This document shows, piece by piece, positions 48,613-56,305 of a stretch of DNA of 56,305 nucleotides; position 1 is the first letter of the stretch; every line of letters begins with the position of its first letter. This DNA is from Actinomycetota bacterium. GTDB lineage: Bacteria; Actinomycetota; Geothermincolia; Fen-727; JAQUKT01. The notes under the pieces are model-generated. The model searched no databases. It was given only the letters and a program-made list of their open reading frames with translations, and had not been told where the DNA came from. The stretch lies in the NCBI GenBank assembly GCA_028718945.1, contig JAQUKT010000004.1, positions 1 through 56,305 on the forward strand, in the 5' to 3' direction. Both the position numbers and the translations under genes were made by a program.

Positions 48613-49779
48613 TTGATCTATATGGATATAAGCTACTTTCGAGAATTCTTCTTGACGCTCAAGGATAAGATTAGAGAAAAACGGGCGTTCTGGATTTTCC
48701 CCGCCGCTCTCATTCTTGTATGCGTATTGATCCTTTCGATTCAAATCACGCTTGGCGCAAGGAAAAAGACTAACACGTCCATAAAAAACTACAACCCTGA
48801 ATGGAACAGGACGAGCAGTTCAGAAGAATCAACCAAAGCGCAAAGCGAAAGCGGTTCCCCAAAGGATACAGGGCAAGAAAAGCCAGTCATTTATCTTCAG
48901 GACCTCCTGAAGGATTCATCGCTATCAGGTGGTCAAAATGAGACATTAGAATTTACCAACAGAAACGCTTCCGTTGTTTTCAAGGTCTATGGCAGGGCAC
49001 ACGGCGTTGGTCTTTGCATGGATGGCGTCAAATACATGGCGCTTTCCGGGAAGTCGTACATGGAAATAATAAATTACTATTACACGGGAGTTACGCTTTC
49101 TCATGCGGACGACTCAAGAGAAATCAGAGTGAGGGGAAGGGATGGAAAAATTCGAACAATGACAATGAAAGACTACCTCTACCACCTAACCGAGGAGCCG
49201 GAAAGCTTCCCTCCTGAGGGCTTGAAAGTTCTCTATGTTGCCGCGAGAACGTACACTTTGTCATGCATTGAACGCGGGAAACACGCATCGCAGGGGTTTG
49301 ATGTATGCGCGAGCGGAGGCTGCTGCCAGGCATTTGACGAGAACAAGGACCTTTCAAAATATCCGAGGAACATTGCTGCGGTCAATGAAACCAGCGGTGA
49401 GATTCTCACCTATAACGGAAAGCCGATCGTTGCGGCATACTGCGGCTCGTGCGGAGGGCACACGGAAAACAATGAAGACGTATGGGGAGGAAAGCCGCTT
49501 CCATATCTCCGCGGCAAAGTAGATGAATTCTGCCGGCAGTCCCCCAATTTTTGCAAAGAGGTGAGGATGAGTGTTTCTGAACTGGAACGCAAACTCAACT
49601 CGTCGCCAAAAACGAGCGTCGGGAAACTGAATAAACTCGACATCTCGAGTCGAACTCCCGGAGGAAGGGTGAAAAATGCGATTATTAGTGGAACATCTGG
49701 AACAAAGAAAGTATCCGGTCAGACTATTGCCAAGGTTCTTGGTTTCAATAGCACAAGGTTTGAGTATTCGATAAAGTGA
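48613..49779 (+). CDS. SpoIID/LytB-domain protein (circularly permuted), membrane-anchored
   Basis: AARTY, CQAF, T.GEIL.Y.G, SCGGHTEN..VWGG..PYL and HGVG motifs present; ATG alternative at 48622. Confidence 0.85.
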   Translation: MIYMDISYFREFFLTLKDKIREKRAFWIFPAALILVCVLILSIQITLGARKKTNTSIKNYNPEWNRTSSSEESTKAQSESGSPKDTGQEKPVIYLQDLLKDSSLSGGQNETLEFTNRNASVVFKVYGRAHGVGLCMDGVKYMALSGKSYMEIINYYYTGVTLSHADDSREIRVRGRDGKIRTMTMKDYLYHLTEEPESFPPEGLKVLYVAARTYTLSCIERGKHASQGFDVCASGGCCQAFDENKDLSKYPRNIAAVNETSGEILTYNGKPIVAAYCGSCGGHTENNEDVWGGKPLPYLRGKVDEFCRQSPNFCKEVRMSVSELERKLNSSPKTSVGKLNKLDISSRTPGGRVKNAIISGTSGTKKVSGQTIAKVLGFNSTRFEYSIK

Positions 49780-49795
49780 ATTAGAATTATGTAGC

Positions 49796-50191
49796 ATGGA
49801 GCCTGGAGCCAAAATGCCCGAAAAGAAAAAAGTTTTAATAGTCGAAGATGACGAGGAAATTGTAAAACTCCTAAACCTGCGTCTTAGAACTGAGGGTTTC
49901 GAAACGGTGTCAGCAACCGACGCAAAAAGCGGAGTCTCACTTGCGTCCGAATATCAGCCTGACTTGATACTTCTTGACATAGCGCTACCAGACGAAAGCG
50001 GGGCTGAATTCATGAAAAGAATGGAACTTTCAGAGCAAACGAAGAACATTCCGGTAATTGTAATCACTGCTTATCCTTCTAAGGTGAGGCTTACCGAAGG
50101 GTTCAGCACTGTAAGGGAATCTTTCATCAAACCCTTCGAACTCCCCAAGCTCATCGCAACCATGAGAAGTGTGCTTGCCGAATCCAGCTGA
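49796..50191 (+). CDS. Single-domain response regulator
   Basis: VEDD, PDLILLDIALP, IPVIVITA, KPF. Confidence 0.92.
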   Translation: MEPGAKMPEKKKVLIVEDDEEIVKLLNLRLRTEGFETVSATDAKSGVSLASEYQPDLILLDIALPDESGAEFMKRMELSEQTKNIPVIVITAYPSKVRLTEGFSTVRESFIKPFELPKLIATMRSVLAESS

Positions 50192-50222
50192 CAGATTATT
50201 CAAAATAGCACACTGGATTTTG

Positions 50223-50297
50223 TGGTGGGCGTTACTGGATTTGAACCAGTGACCTCCTGCTTGTAAGGCAGGCGCTCTCCCACTGAGCTAAACGCCC
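50223..50297 (-). tRNA. tRNA-Val (TAC)
   Basis: Reverse complement GGGCGTTTAGCTCAGTGGGAGAGCGCCTGCCTTACAAGCAGGAGGTCACTGGTTCAAATCCAGTAACGCCCACCA. Confidence 0.97.
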
Positions 50298-50384
50298 TGA
50301 ACTTTTCTCAGTAATATCCTAAACGCTGTATTGGGTAAAAACCAACGTTTTACCCTGATTACTACTCTTTGAACCGAAATACGC

Positions 50385-50588
50385 TTACTTTCGAAGCATG
50401 GGTGTTCTTTCGCTCTCGATAACCGCCTCAAATGCTTCGCTATATGCCTTCAAAAGCGTCTTGAAACTTGGCTTTTCACCAGGCATTATGAAACCGGCCT
50501 GTGCCCCGAGTTTCACGAGTTCAAGAGCAACTTCCCTGCGGTCTATCTCGGGTCTTCGTTCCATCTCCATCCCTCCTTGAGCCATCAC
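50385..50588 (-). CDS. Small hypothetical protein
   Basis: Helical protein-like ORF with GGAGG RBS before an internal ATG (MEMERRPEID). Confidence 0.55.
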   Translation of the reverse strand: MMAQGGMEMERRPEIDRREVALELVKLGAQAGFIMPGEKPSFKTLLKAYSEAFEAVIESERTPMLRK

Positions 50589-50671
50589 CTAAAACATACT
50601 TTGAGAACATTGATATCTAACAAATACAATCTTACCATCACGTCTCAGATAGAATCAGAGCACTTAAAAAG

Positions 50672-50929
50672 CTACGATACCCGGAAGAATACTGAAGGGT
50701 CCACGTGGTAAATCCTGCTCAGGGCAAGTATTTCCCTCGTTCCGGGATGCGCGTTTCCAAGTTCCCAGTTTTTGAGAGTGTTGTAGTGAACTCCGAGCTT
50801 CTTCGCCACCCATCCCCTTTTCAGCCCTCTTTCTTCCCTCATATCCTTCAACTTATTCGCAAATGCTTTATCGAACTCCTCCACTTCGTTTTCCGTAACC
50901 TCAGAAATCTCGAAAATTTTTTCCTTCAA
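50672..50929 (-). CDS. XRE-family helix-turn-helix regulator
   Basis: LKDMREERGL....VAKKLGVHYNTLKNWELG..HP; GGGAG RBS. Confidence 0.9.
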   Translation of the reverse strand: MKEKIFEISEVTENEVEEFDKAFANKLKDMREERGLKRGWVAKKLGVHYNTLKNWELGNAHPGTREILALSRIYHVDPSVFFRVS

Positions 50930-50951
50930 ACTCTTGACACCTCCCTAAGTC

Positions 50952-50990
50952 TGTCCTAATATGGACAATATAATTGTCATTGAGATGACA
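50952..50990. promoter_or_regulatory. Two TGTC-N8-GACA palindromes (candidate XRE operators)
   Basis: TGTCCTAATATGGACA (50952-50967) and TGTCATTGAGATGACA (50975-50990) in the divergent XRE/ssb promoter region. Confidence 0.55.
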
Positions 50991-51081
50991 GGCATCACTG
51001 CCAGATATGATAACAATGTCTGTCAGATAAGTCAATATTGGTTTTTTGTCTGAACAGGAGAAGTCAGGAACAGGAGAAACG

Positions 51082-51546
51082 ATGTATATGAACACTGTAG
51101 CAATAGCAGGAAATCTTACCTCCGATCCGAAAATGGGCACGGGGCAGGGAAAGGTTGTCAACTTCAGGCTTGCCATCAACAAGAACCGCAGGCAATCCAT
51201 AAATACAGGGGAGCTTGCTTCGCTTTCAGAAGAAGAATCCCACCAGATAAAGGAACGAACCGAGTTTATCGATGTCGAGTGCTGGGGATCTCAGGCTGAT
51301 AACGTATATCACTCTCTCAAGAAAGGTGATAGAGCAATCGTTTTTGGACAAATGAAATATGACCAGTGGACTGATGAGGATGGAAAAACCAAAAGTAAAG
51401 TTAGTATTCGCGCCTCTGTCATAGGGGCTTCTCTCGAATTCGCAACCGCAAGAATAGAAAGGCAGTCAAATTCCACTGAAACAGAAACCTCGAATGCTTT
51501 TAGAGACATCGCGCAAGGGGCTAAAGGGAAACAGAAAGGAGCATGA
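51082..51546 (+). CDS. ssb: Single-stranded DNA-binding protein paralog
   Basis: N.VAIAGNLTSDP, FRLA.N, TEFIDVECWG..A.N...SL.KGD, YDQWTD.DG. Confidence 0.9.
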   Translation: MYMNTVAIAGNLTSDPKMGTGQGKVVNFRLAINKNRRQSINTGELASLSEEESHQIKERTEFIDVECWGSQADNVYHSLKKGDRAIVFGQMKYDQWTDEDGKTKSKVSIRASVIGASLEFATARIERQSNSTETETSNAFRDIAQGAKGKQKGA

Positions 51547-51547
51547 A

Positions 51548-51835
51548 ATGAGCATAGTAGACCTTTCATCTTTTACATCAAAATTGGGAATCACGACGGC
51601 AGTGTGGCTCTATGAAGACGCGGATACATACGTTGTTCAGCACGATTTTCTCCACATGTCTTTTTTCAAAGACGACTTCAAGGAATTTGTTGACACCCTC
51701 ATTGTTGCGCTCAGACAAGTCGAAAGAATGGAAAGTCCTACAAGCCACCTGCATCCGGTCGTCATCAGAAATCCCCGCTCCCCCGAAGAGCCCTCCTACG
51801 GGGATGAAAGCGAATCCTCAAACCGCAGGCTGTGA
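51548..51835 (+). CDS. Conserved-looking hypothetical protein (95 aa)
   Basis: ATG directly after the ssb stop; purifying selection evident from the diverged second copy at 53283. Confidence 0.75.
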   Translation: MSIVDLSSFTSKLGITTAVWLYEDADTYVVQHDFLHMSFFKDDFKEFVDTLIVALRQVERMESPTSHLHPVVIRNPRSPEEPSYGDESESSNRRL

Positions 51836-51852
51836 GGCTCATGAAACTGTTA

Positions 51853-52015
51853 GTGCACCGTCCCGCAGGTAGGTTGACGCATCGAGAGTGTCACTCTGCG
51901 CCGCGCCAGCAAGGCACGCGACCGCAGATGTACTGGATGTACATCGAGGGAGCGGAACGAAGCTGGAGTGGATGCAGGGATGCTCGAATGCCAAGTTATC
52001 TGCGGGACGGTGCAC
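51853..52015. mobile_element. MITE-like element copy E (163 bp)
   Basis: 16-bp perfect TIR GTGCACCGTCCCGCAG, TA on both flanks. Confidence 0.85.
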
Positions 52016-52114
52016 TAAGTGCTCCTGCCATGCCATGTTACCCCCTCAAAAAACCCCTCCCCGATGCCGCCTCGAGCCACCCCTGAACACCCCAAAAGAA
52101 CAGCCGCGGCAAAC

Positions 52115-52136
52115 AAAGGGTCCGAAAGGACCCTTT
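52115..52136 (+). terminator. GNRA-capped hairpin (terminator-like)
   Basis: AAAGGGTCC-GAAA-GGACCCTTT; identical copy at 53489-53510. Confidence 0.55.
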
Positions 52137-52297
52137 CCCTCCTTTATTGAGCGTGCACCTCAATAGTTGTGCTGAGGGAGATGAAAAAGCCCGGAAGCCA
52201 CTCAACTACATACTCCGTTGACATTATAAGAAAGATCCTGGTTCATGTTTGAAAAGGTAGCTCGAGAATAGAATCAAGATATTTGTGATTCATATAC

Positions 52298-52867
52298 CTA
52301 CGGTGCGGTTGTTGATTCATTTTCTATCCGCTTCAATAGGGGTTCGACACCAAGCTCCCTCGCCCAATACCGGAGATAGTCCATTTCCAGCTTTTCAAAC
52401 TGAACCTCATATACCTGCAAGGCATCGAGCAATTGTTTTTCGCTCCCACCGGATAATTTCGCCCATTTCAGCTTCTGCAGGATTGTGTCCTCGGGACTTG
52501 ATACCCGTAATTTGATCCCCAGGACCTCCTCTGTCAGTCGGCGCGAGAAACGTGACCGGTCGAACGGTTCGTCAGTCAACACCCAGAAATCGACTTTGAG
52601 GCCCTCATTAATGTCAATCAGGTTGAACATGCCCCCTTGTTCCATGGCTTCGTAAATGCTTTTTTCTTCCAGGTAGAACTCTTCCGATGAAAACTTCTCG
52701 AACAGCCCCTGCGCTGATGTCTCATCGAGATCAACTACGATGTCGATGTCGTGCGTTAATCGAGGAGCGCCCTGCATGCTGGAGGCGAGCGCGCCGGTGA
52801 CCATGTTCTCTATCCCCAGGTCATCGAGAACCCCGATGACCCTGGCTAGTAGTTCCTGTTGTGACAT
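52298..52867 (-). CDS. Nucleotidyltransferase-fold toxin, MenT1-like
   Basis: TGALASS..GAPRLTHDIDIVV matches the MenT1 motif as I recall it (GGFAV...PRFTRDVDIVV); KVDF, PED.IL.KL, D. Confidence 0.7.
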   Translation of the reverse strand: MSQQELLARVIGVLDDLGIENMVTGALASSMQGAPRLTHDIDIVVDLDETSAQGLFEKFSSEEFYLEEKSIYEAMEQGGMFNLIDINEGLKVDFWVLTDEPFDRSRFSRRLTEEVLGIKLRVSSPEDTILQKLKWAKLSGGSEKQLLDALQVYEVQFEKLEMDYLRYWARELGVEPLLKRIENESTTAP

Positions 52868-53064
52868 CTTTCGATCCGATCGAGATAGATGACCATAATT
52901 TCATCATCCGTTGCAGCTGGAAACCTCTTTCTGAGGCCGTGCAGGAAGCACTCCTTTGCGAAATCGTAAAGCTCGAACGACTTGAGCAGCTTCGCCTCTG
53001 GTGTCATCCGGCGAAGCGTCTGTATGTAGACCACGTGAGCCGAGTCTTTTAATATTGCTGCCAT
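52846..53064 (-). CDS. Small helical antitoxin, MenA1-like
   Basis: 72 aa, upstream of and overlapping the toxin; KL....ELY......L..RFP.A...EI pattern. Confidence 0.6.
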   Translation of the reverse strand: MAAILKDSAHVVYIQTLRRMTPEAKLLKSFELYDFAKECFLHGLRKRFPAATDDEIMVIYLDRIERCHNRNY

Positions 53065-53282
53065 CTACAACATCCCGTATCTATTAGTATTTTTCTAATT
53101 ATAACAATGGAGAAACATACAGGCGTAGTCACCGACAAGAATGTTGCGGGGCAAGTTGGCCTTTCAGCAGCAAATACACGGTAGATTATGCTCCTCGCCT
53201 GATTAGCGCCACAGCAAAATACCAACTGTTACCTTTGCGAAAGGATGCTCTTTATACCACGGTGGAATTATCTCAACTTATT

Positions 53283-53563
53283 AAGACGCGGATACCTATG
53301 TGGTTCAGCACGATTTCCTTCACATGTCTTTCTTCAAGGAAGATTTCAAGGAATTCGTTGATACACTGATAGTTGCGCTAAGGCAAGTTGAAAGAATGGA
53401 AAGCCCCGCAAGGCACCTTCATCCGGTTGTCATCCGAAATCCCATCTCCACTGAAGAGATTTCTTACGGGGTTGAAAATGAATCTTCTAAAGGGTCCGAA
53501 AGGACCCTTTCCCTTTTTCTCGAGCGTCATTGCTATAATAACCTTGTAGAAATTCTTTCTTGA
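53283..53563 (+). pseudogene. 5'-truncated diverged copy of the 51548-51835 gene
   Basis: Colinear with 51615-51822; lacks the first ~23 codons. Confidence 0.8.
53531..53539 (+). promoter_or_regulatory. Extended -10 promoter for sufC/smsC
   Basis: TGCTATAAT 35 nt upstream of the ATG; GAAGGAGG RBS. Confidence 0.6.
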
Positions 53564-53573
53564 AGGAGGAACC

Positions 53574-54296
53574 ATGCTTGAGATAGAGAACCTGACGGTT
53601 TCAGTAGAAGGGAAAGTCGTTCTTGAAAACATAAACCTCGAAATTGAAAGAGGAGAAACAAGAATGCTTTTTGGCGAAAATGGTTCTGGTAAGACATCTC
53701 TACTCATGGCAATAATGGGACTTGGAAACTACAAAGTCGAATCGGGTCAGATACGGTTCAAAGGAGAGGACATAACCGATCTTCCACCATACGAGAGGGC
53801 AAAGCGTGGAATAGGAATAATGTTTCAACGCCCACCTACCATACGCGGGCTTAAACTCAAAGAAATGCTCGAGCTCATCGAGAATAATGGAGAGAGTCCG
53901 GAAGAACTCGCGAGAAAGTTGAATCTTTCTGAATTTCTCGAAAGGGATGTGAACATGGGTTTTTCGGGTGGTGAGTTGAAGAAAGCCGAGCTGCTCCAAC
54001 TGATTGCCCAAAACCCGGACCTCGTCCTTCTCGATGAACCCGAATCGGGCGTTGACCTTGTGAACATAAGCCTTATCGGCACAGCAATCCGAGAGCTACT
54101 CCAGAAAGACCTTCACAAAAGCCGGATGAAGGGGGGTCTAATCATCACACACTCCGGATACATCCTTGACTACGTGGAGGCGGATAAGGGTTGCGTCCTG
54201 GTGAACAAGACAATATGGTGCACCGGCAATCCTCATGAGATTCTTCAGGGAATAAGAGAAAGAGGGTACCAGGCATGTCTGACCTGTCAGAAATAA
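53574..54296 (+). CDS. sufC: Fe-S assembly ATPase SufC/SmsC
   Basis: GENGSGKT, GFSGGE.K, LLDEPESGVD, ITH.G; C-terminal CLTC. Confidence 0.9.
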   Translation: MLEIENLTVSVEGKVVLENINLEIERGETRMLFGENGSGKTSLLMAIMGLGNYKVESGQIRFKGEDITDLPPYERAKRGIGIMFQRPPTIRGLKLKEMLELIENNGESPEELARKLNLSEFLERDVNMGFSGGELKKAELLQLIAQNPDLVLLDEPESGVDLVNISLIGTAIRELLQKDLHKSRMKGGLIITHSGYILDYVEADKGCVLVNKTIWCTGNPHEILQGIRERGYQACLTCQK

Positions 54297-55495
54297 AAAA
54301 GAAAGCAGAGGAAGCCAAAGAGAAACCTGCCACCTATGGTCCGGATATAGACCTTGAAAGGTACACGACTGAGGCTCCGGAACACGACGAGAAAGAACTT
54401 TCAGAAATAGAAATAGTTGACCGCCAAAAATTGCTCAACGCGGGAGTTGACATTTCGGGAAAGGACCGGTCTGGAACCTTCATTCAAGTTGATAGCTCGG
54501 TTATTCATTCGGCGCCATCTCAGGAGGGAATAGAAGTCATACCGACACGCAGAGCACTGGAGATATACCCATGGCTCGAGGATTACCTCTGGAAGGTTGT
54601 TCAAGTCAACACCGACAAATACACTGCGAGAGCGGAGCTGGAATTCCAGAACGGTTATTTCATCAGGGCTCTGCCGGGCGTGAAAAGCATTTTTCCGGTG
54701 CAAGCCTGCCTGTATTTGAAATCAGAAAACATCAATCAAAATATCCATAACATCATTATCGCCGAGGAAAACTCTGAGCTCGATATCATAAATGGGTGCG
54801 CAAACGAATCTCCGGAAGCGGGGGGCCTTCATATTGGCATAAGTGAATTCTATATCAGGAAAGGCGCAAAAATAACTTTCTCCATGATTCACAACTGGAC
54901 AGAAACAACCGCGGTGCGACCGAGAAGCGGGATTCGCATAGAGGAAAATGGTGTTTTCGTCAACAACTATGTTTGCATGCATCCAGTCGAGTCGCTTCAG
55001 TTGTTTCCAACCGCTTTTCTCGTTGGAAAAGGGGCGACGGCACGATTCTCATCCATCCTCCTTGCGGAAAAAGGAGTTTACTTTGATGTTGGCTCAAAGG
55101 CAATTCTTTCTGCACCCGAGGCAAGATGCGAAATGGTGTCGAGAGCGCTCTCCACAGGTGGAACGGTAATCGCAAGGGGCTCAATGGTCGGGGAAGTTCC
55201 GGACATCAAAGGGCATCTCGAGTGCCGTGGAATGATTCTCAAAGGTGAAGGCAGGATTCACTCGATTCCAGAACTCGACGCAAGGGCTGAGGGAGTTGAC
55301 ATGTCGCACGAGGCGGCAGTAGGGAAAATCGCGCGCGAGGAGATAGAATACCTCATGGCGCGCGGCCTTACTGAAGAGGAAGCGGTCGCTACAATTGTGA
55401 GAGGATTCATGCGTGTTGACATCGAGGGGCTCCCGCCTATCCTGAAGGAACAGATTGATCGCGCAATAGAAATTGCAGATAAGTCGCTTCTTTAG
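54275..55495 (+). CDS. sufB: SufB/SufD-family protein (SmsB-like)
   Basis: GYFIR, P.Q.C, HN.II, LECRG, PEL, SHEAAVGKI, YLMARGL.E.EA. Confidence 0.88.
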   Translation: MSDLSEIKKKAEEAKEKPATYGPDIDLERYTTEAPEHDEKELSEIEIVDRQKLLNAGVDISGKDRSGTFIQVDSSVIHSAPSQEGIEVIPTRRALEIYPWLEDYLWKVVQVNTDKYTARAELEFQNGYFIRALPGVKSIFPVQACLYLKSENINQNIHNIIIAEENSELDIINGCANESPEAGGLHIGISEFYIRKGAKITFSMIHNWTETTAVRPRSGIRIEENGVFVNNYVCMHPVESLQLFPTAFLVGKGATARFSSILLAEKGVYFDVGSKAILSAPEARCEMVSRALSTGGTVIARGSMVGEVPDIKGHLECRGMILKGEGRIHSIPELDARAEGVDMSHEAAVGKIAREEIEYLMARGLTEEEAVATIVRGFMRVDIEGLPPILKEQIDRAIEIADKSLL

Positions 55496-55504
55496 TCTTA
55501 GTTC

Positions 55505-55906
55505 TCAATGCGCATTACCGATGCCGAATACCAATCTTGAAATTTCCTTATCAGGGGGTAACAAATCATATTCAACTAAATCCTGAGGGCGTACCCAGGC
55601 ATATTCAACATCCCCGATATTCGATTCTTCTTCGCTTATCCTCGAACTCAAAGCAAAAATCCTCACATCATATTCCGGATACCGATGAGTAACAGTAGCA
55701 AGCAAGGCGCCGACTTCAACCTTGATCCCGAGCTCCTCCATTATTTCCCTCTCAAGCGCATCGGATGCGCCTTCCCCTTCCTCTATCTTCCCGCCGGGAA
55801 ATTCCCATGAGCCAGAATAGGGAGCACCATCTGGTCTTTTAGTGATAAGAACGAAGCCGTCCTTTTCAATTATTGCCGCTGCTACTTCAATCTCTTCGTT
55901 GTTCAT
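55505..55906 (-). CDS. NUDIX hydrolase, MutT-like
   Basis: WEFPGGKIEEGE...ALEREIMEELG Nudix box. Confidence 0.9.
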   Translation of the reverse strand: MNNEEIEVAAAIIEKDGFVLITKRPDGAPYSGSWEFPGGKIEEGEGASDALEREIMEELGIKVEVGALLATVTHRYPEYDVRIFALSSRISEEESNIGDVEYAWVRPQDLVEYDLLPPDKEISRLVFGIGNAH

Positions 55907-56055
55907 CTTATGCTGTCCCATGAAATCATATCGCGTTGAATGTGATTCGGTCGCCCCCGAGCACTCAACCATAGTGACCGTTCTCATGTTTGCCTTGAGA
56001 ATGAATTGAAGAGCCGCGCCTTTCCAAGCCCATTAATCAACACTAAATTTCAAGT

Positions 56056-56305
56056 TCAATCCTTGCCAAGAGATTCTATAAACGCCTCGATTCTTTCACG
56101 AACCTGCGCTTCCGCGTAAACTCGAGAATCTGTCATGTCAGCTTCGATTATGAGAACAGGCTTTCCAGTGCGGCTCCCGATCTCACGCCCTATGTCGTAC
56201 TGACCGAGCGAATACGGCTTGCATGAGCGATTGGAATGCATTACCACTCCATCAGTGTGGAACCTTTCCATGAGCGAGATAATCTTCTCGAGCATGAGGT
56301 CAATC
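56056..56305 (-). CDS. 3' end (partial) of 2-hydroxyacyl-CoA dehydratase subunit (HgdB/FldC family)
   Basis: DGVVMHSNRSCK, P.L.IEAD.TD.R.....Q...RIEAF.E. Confidence 0.85.
   Translation of the reverse strand, partial: IDLMLEKIISLMERFHTDGVVMHSNRSCKPYSLGQYDIGREIGSRTGKPVLIIEADMTDSRVYAEAQVRERIEAFIESLGKD

Noticed and set aside
50223-53064. Prophage integrated at tRNA-Val
   Set aside because: XRE, ssb and the TA pair lie on the tRNA 5' side; there is no integrase, no duplicated tRNA 3' end and no structural genes.

Overview
56.3-kb chromosomal window, mostly core genes, from what looks like a deep-branching anaerobic Actinomycetota (inferred from the murI-MBL-rph-rdgB, DUF164-rnhA and comF-hpf-secA-prfB-ftsEX blocks and a raiA-motif RNA). 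It holds three tRNAs (Gly-TCC, Pro-TGG, Val-TAC), a galTKE operon, a minus-strand run from a surface-glycan cluster through PNP-ahcY-aldolase-like-mtnA to secA/prfB/ftsEX, a two-gene SufCB/SMS Fe-S system and two toxin-antitoxin pairs. Signals the ORF track misses: (1) a raiA-motif large ncRNA, with an orphan FlgM-like gene and a sigma28-like promoter between it and comF; (2) a 470-bp integrative-element remnant at tRNA-Pro whose predicted excision joins a recombinase-like ORF in frame to a tail at the far att site; (3) five ~162-bp TA-flanked MITE-like elements, one replacing a ribosome-binding site and one splitting a sigma28-type promoter; (4) a REP-like GGGGTCAGGTCTTGCAA family at gene 3' ends, one copy translated; (5) the prfB +1 frameshift with a UGA-A context; (6) a circularly permuted SpoIID/LytB; (7) a class II aldolase lacking its metal ligands; (8) a MenAT-like pair flanked by two synonymously diverged copies of an unknown gene. 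Family assignments come from motif recognition only; no searches were run.
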